A DNA stretch of 64,000 nt, taken from the NCBI GenBank assembly GCA_001824435.1, contig MHXH01000016.1:14970-78969 (forward strand). The letters are read 5' to 3'. This stretch comes from Parcubacteria group bacterium RIFCSPLOWO2_01_FULL_48_18 (GTDB taxonomy: Bacteria; Patescibacteriota; Minisyncoccia; UBA6257; WO2-01-48-18). This document shows positions 55,853-64,000 of this stretch, in pieces (the stretch's first letter is position 1; every line of letters begins with the position of its first letter). The notes under the pieces were generated by a model. That model searched no databases, was not told the origin of the DNA, and saw only the letters and a list, made by a program, of their open reading frames with translations. The translations under genes and the position numbers were made by a program.

Positions 55853-57739
55853 ATGAGTCTAATGAACACTTTTTTCCGATTACAATCGAAGTTTGCTCCG
55901 GCCGGCGATCAGCCTAAGGCGATACGAGCGCTCGTGTCGGGCCTAAGAAAGGGATATCGCTATCAGACGCTTTTGGGAGTTACGGGGTCAGGAAAAACTT
56001 TTTCGGCGGCCCGCATCATCGCGGCAACTCAGAAGCCGACGCTGGTTATTGCGCCGAACAAGACGCTCGCGGCCCAGCTGTATCAGGAATATAAATACTT
56101 TTTCCCGCACAACAAGGTGTGTTATTTTGTTTCGTATTACGATTATTATCAGCCGGAGGCGTATCTGCCCGTGACCGATACGTACATTGAAAAAGAAGCC
56201 ATGATTAATGAAGAAATTGATCGTTTCCGGCATTTGGCGACTTCTGCGCTTATGACGCGCCGCGATGTTATTGTCGTCGCGTCCGTTTCGTGCATCTACA
56301 ATCTTGGCGTGCCGGAGAATTATTTCGGCGGCGCGTTAAAACTCGGACTCGGCCAGCTGATCAGCCGGGCCGATCTCATCCGGCAGTTCAGCCGTATGGG
56401 ATATGAACGGAACAATACGGTGTTGAAACGTGGTACATTCCGCGCGCGGGGAGAGACGATTGAATTGGCGCCGCCCGCGGAAGAGATTATGTATCGCATC
56501 GTGTTGCAGGATCAACAGATCGCCCGCATAGATATTGCGAATCTCCTGACGCGCAAAACCATAGAATCGATTTCCGATCTTTTGATTTTCCCGCCGAAAC
56601 ATTTTGTAACTACTGCGCCGGAGCGCGAGCGCGCAGTCCGCGACATCAAAACGGAATTAAAAGATCAACTGGCGTATTTCGACAAGAAAGGGTTTTTGTT
56701 GGAAGCAGAACGGTTGGAGCGCCGCACAAAGTATGATTTGGAAATGATTGGAACTATCGGCTATTGCCACGGCATTGAAAACTATTCGCGCCATCTCAGC
56801 GGAAAGCTTCCGGGAGAGCCGCCGGAAACGCTCCTTTCATATTTCCCGCGCGATGAAAACGGCAAACCGGACTTTCTCACGATTATTGACGAATCGCACA
56901 TAACCGTACCGCAGGTCCGCGGCATGTACGAAGGGGATATTTCACGAAAAAAGGTTCTGGTTGAACACGGATGGCGGCTAGCGTCAGCGCTCGACAACCG
57001 GCCATTGAATTTTAAAGAGTTTGAAGAGCGGATCGGTCAAGTAATATGTACTTCGGCGACGCCGGGGCCGTTTGAACATAAACGCTCTTCGCAAGTTGTA
57101 GAACAGGTTGTGCGGCCTACCGGATTGGTTGATCCGCCAATCGAAATAAGGCCGGTATTTGTAAAAAAACCAAAAATCAACCTTCGTCCCGAGCTCAGGT
57201 CGGGGGGAAACCAAAAACCAAAAAGTGAATGGAGTCAAATTGACGACATAATGGAGGAGGCGGCAAAAAATTCCAGCCAAGGCGGCCGGACAATCATTAA
57301 TACTCTTACCAAAAAAACAGCAGAAGAGTTGACCGAATTTCTTCTTGGAAAAAGTTTTAGAGCGCGATATATGCACAGTGATACGCCGACCCTGGAACGG
57401 ACAAAAATACTTCAGGATTTTAGAAAAAACGAGTTTGACGTTTTAGTCGGCATCAATCTTTTACGCGAAGGCTTGGATCTGCCCGAGGTAACCTTGGTTG
57501 CAATTTTGGATGCTGACCGGGAAGGATTTTTACGGTCAGAAACATCGTTGATTCAAACTATGGGCCGCGCGGCCCGCAATGTCCGCGGCAAGGTGATCCT
57601 CTATGCCGATACGATGACCGGTTCAATGAAGCGCGCAATAAAAGAATGCAGCCGCCGCCGGAAGATTCAGCTTGCATACAATAAAAAGCATAATATTACG
57701 CCCAAAACGGTCGAGAAAGAAGTAAGAGAATTCTCGTAA
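55853..57739 (+). CDS. uvrB: Excinuclease ABC subunit B
   Basis: LGVTGSGKT, YYDYYQPEAY, DESH, GINLLREGLD. Confidence 0.97.
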   Translation: MSLMNTFFRLQSKFAPAGDQPKAIRALVSGLRKGYRYQTLLGVTGSGKTFSAARIIAATQKPTLVIAPNKTLAAQLYQEYKYFFPHNKVCYFVSYYDYYQPEAYLPVTDTYIEKEAMINEEIDRFRHLATSALMTRRDVIVVASVSCIYNLGVPENYFGGALKLGLGQLISRADLIRQFSRMGYERNNTVLKRGTFRARGETIELAPPAEEIMYRIVLQDQQIARIDIANLLTRKTIESISDLLIFPPKHFVTTAPERERAVRDIKTELKDQLAYFDKKGFLLEAERLERRTKYDLEMIGTIGYCHGIENYSRHLSGKLPGEPPETLLSYFPRDENGKPDFLTIIDESHITVPQVRGMYEGDISRKKVLVEHGWRLASALDNRPLNFKEFEERIGQVICTSATPGPFEHKRSSQVVEQVVRPTGLVDPPIEIRPVFVKKPKINLRPELRSGGNQKPKSEWSQIDDIMEEAAKNSSQGGRTIINTLTKKTAEELTEFLLGKSFRARYMHSDTPTLERTKILQDFRKNEFDVLVGINLLREGLDLPEVTLVAILDADREGFLRSETSLIQTMGRAARNVRGKVILYADTMTGSMKRAIKECSRRRKIQLAYNKKHNITPKTVEKEVREFS

Positions 57740-57770
57740 GTTTTATAAAAAACAATAAGGAGAAAGAATG

Positions 57771-57890
57771 TGAAAAAAAATCGACCCGCTGAACGTTGTC
57801 AGCGGGGGTGGTGAGATGCCCGGGTCAGGCTTCTAAAAACTTCCCATGGCGTTTTTCTAGCAATCTTGGGTCTCACCGCTCCAAGATTCT
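57771..57890 (-). ncRNA. Candidate structured small RNA with pseudoknot
   Basis: Own promoter, hairpins, loop GGUGAGA complementary to downstream UCUCACC, intrinsic terminator with U8, no meaningful ORF. Confidence 0.45.
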
Positions 57891-57896
57891 GAATCT

Positions 57897-57924
57897 ATTA
57901 TAGCAAATCTACAGAATTTGTCAA
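57897..57924 (-). promoter_or_regulatory. Consensus sigma70 promoter
   Basis: TTGACA-16 nt (ending TGC)-TATAAT on minus strand. Confidence 0.65.
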
Positions 57925-57971
57925 TACCCCGAAAATTTGGCTTAAATAATAGATAGTTCTTAATTCGTAGT

Positions 57972-60608
57972 ATGTCAATAACCGAAAAAATCATTATAAA
58001 AGGCGCTCGGGTGCATAACTTGAAAAACATCGGCCTTGAGCTACCGAAGAATAGATTGATTGTTTTTACCGGCCTTTCCGGTAGCGGGAAGTCGTCTTTG
58101 GCGTTTGACACTATTTTTGCCGAAGGTCAGCGAAGATACATTGAATCGCTCTCGCCGTATGCGCGGCAGTTTTTGGGCCAGATGGAAAAGCCGGATGTTG
58201 ACGATATCGAAGGACTTTCGCCGGCAATTTCAATTGATCAAAAAGCACATTCGCACAATCCCCGCTCTACCGTGGCAACGCTTACCGAGATTTACGATTA
58301 TCTGCGGGTATTGTTTGCGCGCATCGGCAAACCGCACTGTCCGATCTGCGGAAGAGTAATCCATAAAATGAGCGTGGAAGAAATGGTTGAAACAATACAA
58401 GCGAAAAGCGAGGAGCGAAAAGGGAAAAGTGAATATGCTATGATTTTAGCGCCAGTGGTGCGCGGACGGAAAGGAGAATATTTTCAATTGCTCCAAGATT
58501 TATTCATGGAAGGGTTTGGCGAGGTGCGGATTGACGGTAAATTTCATTCTCTCCACGAACGCATTGAACTGGGAAGATATAAAATGCACACCATTGAAGC
58601 GGTAGTTGATAAGCTGGCGATCAATGATCGGCCACGATTATTTGAAGCAGTGGAAACCGCACTTGATAAAGGAAAGGGGTTGGTGAATGTAATTTTTGAC
58701 GGCCCGAATATCAAGACAGCGGATGTCCAGAAATTGCGCAAGGTTAGGACGTCCGATGTCCAAAATATTGAGGCTGCAAATGAATTATTGCTTTCCTCTC
58801 ACTGGACATGCCCTCACGACGATTTTGCGTTTCCGGAAATTGAGCCGCGCCTGTTTTCTTTTAACAGCCCGTATGGCGCGTGCGAAGCGTGTTCGGGCAT
58901 TGGCCACGATTATTTCGATCCTTCGATTCTTTGCGAAACGTGCAAGGGTAAACGCCTGAAGAATGAATCGCTTGCGGTCAAAATACGCCATCAGAGCATT
59001 GCGGATCTCTCGGCGCTCACGATCGATAAGGCGTATGAATTTTTCGGCACGCTTGAGGCGCATCTGAATGAGAGCGAAAAGATCATCGCTTCGAACCTGT
59101 TGAAAGAAATTGTTTCGCGGCTTGAATTTCTCCTTGAGGTCGGCCTCGATTATATTACGCTGGATCGCGAGGCCGGCACGCTCTCGGGCGGAGAATCGCA
59201 GCGCATCCGGCTGGCCAGCCAGATTGGATCAAAACTTTCCGGCACGCTCTATGTGCTCGACGAGCCCACTATCGGCCTTCACGAACGCGATAATGAACGG
59301 CTACTCAAAATTCTTAAAAATTTGCGCGATCTCGGCAATACCGTGATCATGGTTGAACACGATGAGCGGGCCATCCGCGAATCCGACTATTTGGTGGATA
59401 TCGGTCCGGGGCCGGGGAGGCGCGGCGGAGAGATTGTGGCAGTCGGTCCGATTCCGGAAGCATTGAAAGCAAAAAAAGAAAAATCTCTCACGCTGCAGTA
59501 TTTGAACGGGAGCGAAAAAATAGAAATTCCACAAACTCGGCGCACGAAAAATAAAGGATGGCTGGGATTTGTCGGCGCTCATGCAAACAACATTAACAAT
59601 CTCAATTTTGAAATCCCGCTCGGCAGGTTGGTCTGCGTTACCGGCGTTTCCGGAAGCGGCAAATCAACGCTGCTCGAGAATATCGTGTACAAGAATCTGC
59701 AATTGAAACTCGGAAGATTCGGCGACCTTGAACATGTCGCGAAAGTAACCGGAGTTGAATATATCAGCCGCGTCGTAGAGGTGGATCAATCGCCGATCGG
59801 CAGAACTCCTCGTTCGAACCCCGCGACATATACCGGCGTATTCGCGCCGATCCGTGATCTTTTTTCCATGCTTCCGGCATCACGGGAGCGCGGGTACCGT
59901 CCGGGCAGATTCAGCTTCAACGTTCGGCCAGCTGGCGGAGGCGGCCGATGCGAAGCGTGCGAGGGCGCAGGAGCGAAAATCGTCAAGATGCACTTTTTGC
60001 CTGACGTGCTGGTGAAGTGCGACGTTTGCCGCGGCAAGCGGTTTAACAGCGAAACGCTTCAGGTACAATACAAAGGAAAGCATATTGCCGAAGTGCTCGA
60101 CATGACTGCTGAAGACGCACATGAGCTGTTTGAGGGCATATTTACTGTTGCGGATAAGCTGAAGGTAATGCGGGAGGTCGGCCTTGACTATATAAAACTC
60201 GGCCAGAGCGCGACGACGCTTTCCGGCGGCGAAGCGCAGCGAATAAAATTGTCCAAAGAATTGGCGCGGCCGCTTGCGCGCAATACTGTATTCATTCTGG
60301 ATGAACCGACCACCGGCCTGCACTACCACGACGTGAAAATGCTGTTACGGGTTTTAGATCGGTTGGTGGAAAAAGGGAATACCGTTCTTCTGATCGAACA
60401 CAATATGCACGTGATTAAAACCGCGGATTACATCATTGATATGGGCCCTGAAGGAGGAGGTCGCGGCGGAAAAATCATCGCCACCGGAACGCCGGAGGAA
60501 ATCGCGAAGAACAGACATTCGTATACGGGCAGATACCTGAAAGGTTATTTGACACGAAAGGAAGGTGGGGCTCATAAAGCAAATAGCCTACCGACGCGAA
60601 GCCGGTAG
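57972..60608 (+). CDS. uvrA: Excinuclease ABC subunit A
   Basis: [46 protein letters not shown]. Confidence 0.97.
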   Translation: MSITEKIIIKGARVHNLKNIGLELPKNRLIVFTGLSGSGKSSLAFDTIFAEGQRRYIESLSPYARQFLGQMEKPDVDDIEGLSPAISIDQKAHSHNPRSTVATLTEIYDYLRVLFARIGKPHCPICGRVIHKMSVEEMVETIQAKSEERKGKSEYAMILAPVVRGRKGEYFQLLQDLFMEGFGEVRIDGKFHSLHERIELGRYKMHTIEAVVDKLAINDRPRLFEAVETALDKGKGLVNVIFDGPNIKTADVQKLRKVRTSDVQNIEAANELLLSSHWTCPHDDFAFPEIEPRLFSFNSPYGACEACSGIGHDYFDPSILCETCKGKRLKNESLAVKIRHQSIADLSALTIDKAYEFFGTLEAHLNESEKIIASNLLKEIVSRLEFLLEVGLDYITLDREAGTLSGGESQRIRLASQIGSKLSGTLYVLDEPTIGLHERDNERLLKILKNLRDLGNTVIMVEHDERAIRESDYLVDIGPGPGRRGGEIVAVGPIPEALKAKKEKSLTLQYLNGSEKIEIPQTRRTKNKGWLGFVGAHANNINNLNFEIPLGRLVCVTGVSGSGKSTLLENIVYKNLQLKLGRFGDLEHVAKVTGVEYISRVVEVDQSPIGRTPRSNPATYTGVFAPIRDLFSMLPASRERGYRPGRFSFNVRPAGGGGRCEACEGAGAKIVKMHFLPDVLVKCDVCRGKRFNSETLQVQYKGKHIAEVLDMTAEDAHELFEGIFTVADKLKVMREVGLDYIKLGQSATTLSGGEAQRIKLSKELARPLARNTVFILDEPTTGLHYHDVKMLLRVLDRLVEKGNTVLLIEHNMHVIKTADYIIDMGPEGGGRGGKIIATGTPEEIAKNRHSYTGRYLKGYLTRKEGGAHKANSLPTRSR

Positions 60609-60654
60609 GCATATATACCATCATGAAAGGTTAATCAGATTCGACTGCGAATCC

Positions 60655-61092
60655 TTAACTTTCCGCAATCCTTGCAGTATATGACCAGGGGCTTGACCAT
60701 TCTACGTTGTTTGGCACCCAGTCTTTGTTAAAACGAAACTCGTAAAGCCAGCCATCGCCGGTATCCAGTTGAAACGTACCGAGATCATAGCTGCCTCTAT
60801 GGGGATGAAAAACGGCCTTGAATTTCTTGTGCCACCACGGATTTCTAAAACTGTCGACGAGCCCCTTAACCTCGGCTCTACGGACAGCTTTTGAAGCGCC
60901 GAACATGAGCTTGTCATGAAACCTAACATTCACATCCACACGAATGAATCGGATGCCGGTAATCACGACGCCCTCGTTCCCACAATCCTTTTCGTCAGGA
61001 AATCGGATTCCGTAGATCACGCGCAGTGCCTCACGAGTAAGTTCCAGCGGAGTCATCTGTGAGGCGGTGATAGAATGGTTTGTTCTCGACAC
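60655..61092 (-). CDS. Hypothetical protein
   Basis: SD GGAGG before GTG 61092; TTGACA-17-TAATAT promoter near 61335-61363. Confidence 0.55.
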   Translation of the reverse strand: MSRTNHSITASQMTPLELTREALRVIYGIRFPDEKDCGNEGVVITGIRFIRVDVNVRFHDKLMFGASKAVRRAEVKGLVDSFRNPWWHKKFKAVFHPHRGSYDLGTFQLDTGDGWLYEFRFNKDWVPNNVEWSSPWSYTARIAES

Positions 61093-61356
61093 CGTTGTAC
61101 CTCCCGTCACGAGAGTTGCGGCCAAGAAGACTCTCAACCGGCTGCCGTCTCAGCAGCGATGTAGGCACGACATTTTCTTTTCGTCATCTTGAGCTTGTCC
61201 AGAAACTTCACGGAAGTTTTACGCAGGTGAGATCTTTCGGCTTCGCACACCCTACCTCGCCAAGGATAGTAGTAGAGGGGTATTGCCCACATTGCTGCCG
61301 GGACATAATGTTAAAGAACCACCCGATCGTAACAATATTAGCATGGAAGACAAGAG

Positions 61357-62574
61357 GTGTCAACTATTTTGGGCTTAAAAAATAAAGCAAAGTTCTTTCC
61401 GAACTCTCCGGGCGTATATTTGTTTTTAGATAAGAAAAAGGGGCCGTTGTATATCGGCCGAGCAGGATCGCTAAAAAGGCGGGTGGCCAGTTATTTTCTC
61501 GCCAAGCGTGACTTTCGGATTGCCGAAATGGTTTCAGAGGCGGCAAGCATTACCTATCAAAAAACTTCTACTATCCTGGAAGCGATTATTCTTGAGGCAA
61601 ATCTAATAAAAAAATACTGGCCCAAATATAATGTGCGGGACAGGGATGACCGCTCGTTCGTCTACCTTGTAATTCTCAAAGGGAAATATCCGAAACCGGT
61701 TATTGTCCGCGGTCGGCAGCTCCAACAGTATGGCGCGCTGTCGCGAGAAGTATTCGGCCCATATCAAAATTACCGTCTTCTGAACACCGCCCTGGGAATT
61801 GCGCGCAAGATTTTTCCGTTCAGTACATGCGCGTCCGACACAAAACCGTGCTTTTATTATCAAATTGGGTTGTGTCCGGGCGTTTGTGTCGGAGCAATCG
61901 GCGTGAAAGAGTACGGCCGCAATATCAAAAACCTCGCGTTGTTTTTCCGTGGAGAGCGCAAGCGGCTTTTGAGAAAACTGGAGAAAGAAAACCCGGAAAA
62001 AATTAAAGCGTTGAAGCACGTCCGAGATGTCGCGCTCATTTCTGCCGATAACTTTCGACCTTCAATTTTCAACAAGGGCGGCGTACGCATCGAAGGCTAT
62101 GATATTTCTCATCTTTCCGGGCAAGAGCCGGTTGGCGCGATGGTGGTTTTTGAAAATGAAGCCAGAAACCCTTCGCGGTATCGATTATTCAAAATACGGG
62201 GAGCGAAAACCCAAAGCGATACGGATATGTTACAGGAGGTGTTTGCGCGCCGCCTGAAGCACAAGGAATGGCCATATCCGAACATTGTGTTCGTGGACGG
62301 TGGTGTCGCGCAAGCGCGCGCAGGGCAAAACATTTTGAAAAAATACAATGTTTCGGTTCCGGTGGTCGGCCTCGCAAAAACCGGCGGCCACAGCGCAGCC
62401 GCCTATCAGCAGGACAAACTGATTATCCTCGGCGCCAAGAAAAATGCGCGGGAAATTATTTTTTCGTCGAAACGGCTATTTCAACAAATTCGCAACGAAG
62501 CGCACCGATTCGCGATCGCGTTCAGCAGAAAAAGGCGTCGGAAGAAAAATATGGTGGCGATGAGAGCGAGGTAA
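61357..62574 (+). CDS. uvrC: Excinuclease ABC subunit C (short form)
   Basis: PGVYLF..YIGRA GIY-YIG, IEGYDISH, VDGG, IRNEAHRFA. Confidence 0.93.
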   Translation: MSTILGLKNKAKFFPNSPGVYLFLDKKKGPLYIGRAGSLKRRVASYFLAKRDFRIAEMVSEAASITYQKTSTILEAIILEANLIKKYWPKYNVRDRDDRSFVYLVILKGKYPKPVIVRGRQLQQYGALSREVFGPYQNYRLLNTALGIARKIFPFSTCASDTKPCFYYQIGLCPGVCVGAIGVKEYGRNIKNLALFFRGERKRLLRKLEKENPEKIKALKHVRDVALISADNFRPSIFNKGGVRIEGYDISHLSGQEPVGAMVVFENEARNPSRYRLFKIRGAKTQSDTDMLQEVFARRLKHKEWPYPNIVFVDGGVAQARAGQNILKKYNVSVPVVGLAKTGGHSAAAYQQDKLIILGAKKNAREIIFSSKRLFQQIRNEAHRFAIAFSRKRRRKKNMVAMRAR

Positions 62575-62646
62575 GTGGGATAGCTGTGGGAACGTTGTCT
62601 CGTTTCCTTGAGTCTTCCAAACGTTGATTACCCCGAAGCGGTCTTC

Positions 62647-63132
62647 TCATTTAGTTAACCTCTCCAGTATCTTTAAGTCGTCCGAGATTAGTGCCAATTC
62701 ATTAACGTCGGCCTTCTCAATTTCTCCGATGAGTTTTTCTTTTTCGCTTGGAGATAAACAAGAAACCTTGAATATTTTGTCTTTTAATTCGCCTTTTAAT
62801 GGGCCGGCGTCTCTCCGGCTCATTTCTATGAAACGAAGAGAGGAAAAGAAAATGCCCAGCTCTTGTTCCAAAATGCCGAAATTCTCTTCCCTGGCTCCCA
62901 GGGGCAGATTTCCAAAAAAATCTTTTATAACGCCGTTCTTTTCCCCCGTGGCATAAACTAGCCTGGGCTTTTTAGAAGTGATTTCCCAAATTTGTCTCTC
63001 GATTTCCACGCCGAATTCTTTGTTTTTCGAATCCGGAACGAGCATGAACCCCCCGTCTTTTATGACGATTTCGCCGATAAATCTGCGGTTAGACCTATCG
63101 AATATTTTGAGCGATTTGTCCGGCGGTTGCAT
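62647..63132 (-). CDS. Hypothetical protein
   Basis: 161 aa ORF overlapping the end of the upstream gene. Confidence 0.6.
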   Translation of the reverse strand: MQPPDKSLKIFDRSNRRFIGEIVIKDGGFMLVPDSKNKEFGVEIERQIWEITSKKPRLVYATGEKNGVIKDFFGNLPLGAREENFGILEQELGIFFSSLRFIEMSRRDAGPLKGELKDKIFKVSCLSPSEKEKLIGEIEKADVNELALISDDLKILERLTK

Positions 63133-64000
63133 AGAATGATTCCCGGGAATCTTTCTGGACTCTTTCGATATAAGCCCTTAGTTTTTCACTGCGTTCAAAT
63201 ATATTCCAATCGGAGTCGCCTAAATACGATCTCACCATCTCGTCAATTGCCATAAAGCGGTTCGGCGAACTTTCGAAAAGCCATTTTGCATTCATAAAAT
63301 AACTGCCAAAACTCTCGGCGAAATCCTCGGTAGCCCTAATGTCGGAGTCTTTGATCTGTTGGGGATAGTAGAAAATAGTTTCGCCCGTATCGTTTCTCGC
63401 CGTCATGTCTTCTATCATGGTCATTCTCCAGTAAACCGGCGCCCGCCCCATCTTTTTCAATGCCTTTTTCGCTATGCCGTCGTTGAATATCCCGTAAGGG
63501 CTTGCCGGATCGAAAGCGTGGCCGAGTTCGTGAAAGATGAGCCGAGCTTCGCTCCACAAACTTCCTTCTTCCCGCAGGTAGGTTTGCTCAACCTCTATTA
63601 TGGAGTAACCGCCTCGTCTTATATGGCGGGCGGCCCGAAAACCTTCTATGTCGTATTCTTCCGGTATTTTTCTTTCCTCCTCCGGCGAATCGATAACCTT
63701 AACCGTGTCAATAACGGCCAGTATCTTATTAAGAGATTCTCCGAACGCGGTTTCCATGATTTTGTAATAGTCTTCCTGCCCCAGGCTGCTTTTAACCTCT
63801 GTGCTATCAATGGCGAATTCTACCGAGCCTAATTTTTGTTTCTGTTTTTGGAGAAAATCTTGGAGTTCCTTCGTTCGCGCTTCTTTTGTCGGGATGAACA
63901 GGCCCCGGGCTTCCGGAGGAGCGGACGTTAAAATTGTAACCGTCGTGAGCAAGTTGGAGCCCAAGAGTATTCTCTCGAAATTTTTGGGATCGGTCGTTAC
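63095..64000 (-). CDS. Zinc metallopeptidase-like protein (5' end outside window)
   Basis: HELGHAFD (HEXXH) and downstream EDFAESF; frame open to window edge. Confidence 0.7.
   Translation of the reverse strand, partial: VTTDPKNFERILLGSNLLTTVTILTSAPPEARGLFIPTKEARTKELQDFLQKQKQKLGSVEFAIDSTEVKSSLGQEDYYKIMETAFGESLNKILAVIDTVKVIDSPEEERKIPEEYDIEGFRAARHIRRGGYSIIEVEQTYLREEGSLWSEARLIFHELGHAFDPASPYGIFNDGIAKKALKKMGRAPVYWRMTMIEDMTARNDTGETIFYYPQQIKDSDIRATEDFAESFGSYFMNAKWLFESSPNRFMAIDEMVRSYLGDSDWNIFERSEKLRAYIERVQKDSRESFYATAGQIAQNIR

Noticed and set aside
57815-57835. SRP (4.5S) RNA suggested by GGGTCAGG (also near 4662)
   Set aside because: The required downstream GNRA loop and GCAG helix-8 motif are absent.
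1-64000. Alternative genetic code (TGA=Gly)
   Set aside because: Conserved genes are full length under code 11 and several end in TGA (e.g. thrC, yidC).

Overview
Chromosomal replication-origin region of a Patescibacteria (CPR, most likely Parcubacteria-type) genome using genetic code 11. The taxonomy is inferred from gene content: single-chain GlyRS, short RecO, R3H-only Jag, GF-type pilin-like proteins, and a VirB4/PrgI/VirB6-like locus. From left to right the window holds: a small AT-rich cassette region anchored at the 3' end of a tRNA-Phe(GAA) gene that is interrupted by a group I intron; lnt and a plsC-like gene; a type IV secretion-like operon with two four-helix-bundle genes between inverted 7-mer repeat arrays; jag-yidC-rnpA-rpmH / dnaA-oriC-dnaN-dciA; housekeeping genes (metG, glyQS, recO, EndoQ-like, a two-component pair, nusA, hppA, clpP); a double-domain D-Ala-D-Ala ligase plus a D-amino acid aminotransferase; a threonine operon; and uvrB/uvrA/uvrC. 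The most notable signals are: (1) the thr operon, unusual for CPR, with an unannotated Thr-rich leader peptide, an RBS-sequestering hairpin and a shikimate-kinase-like gene in place of thrB; (2) a window-wide system of inverted 7/8-mer repeat arrays found as gene-filled, empty and in-frame intragenic sites; (3) a possible tRNA-anchored tandem cassette array; (4) the tRNA-Phe group I intron; (5) a candidate pseudoknotted sRNA between uvrB and uvrA. All calls come from reading motifs by eye; no database searches were run.
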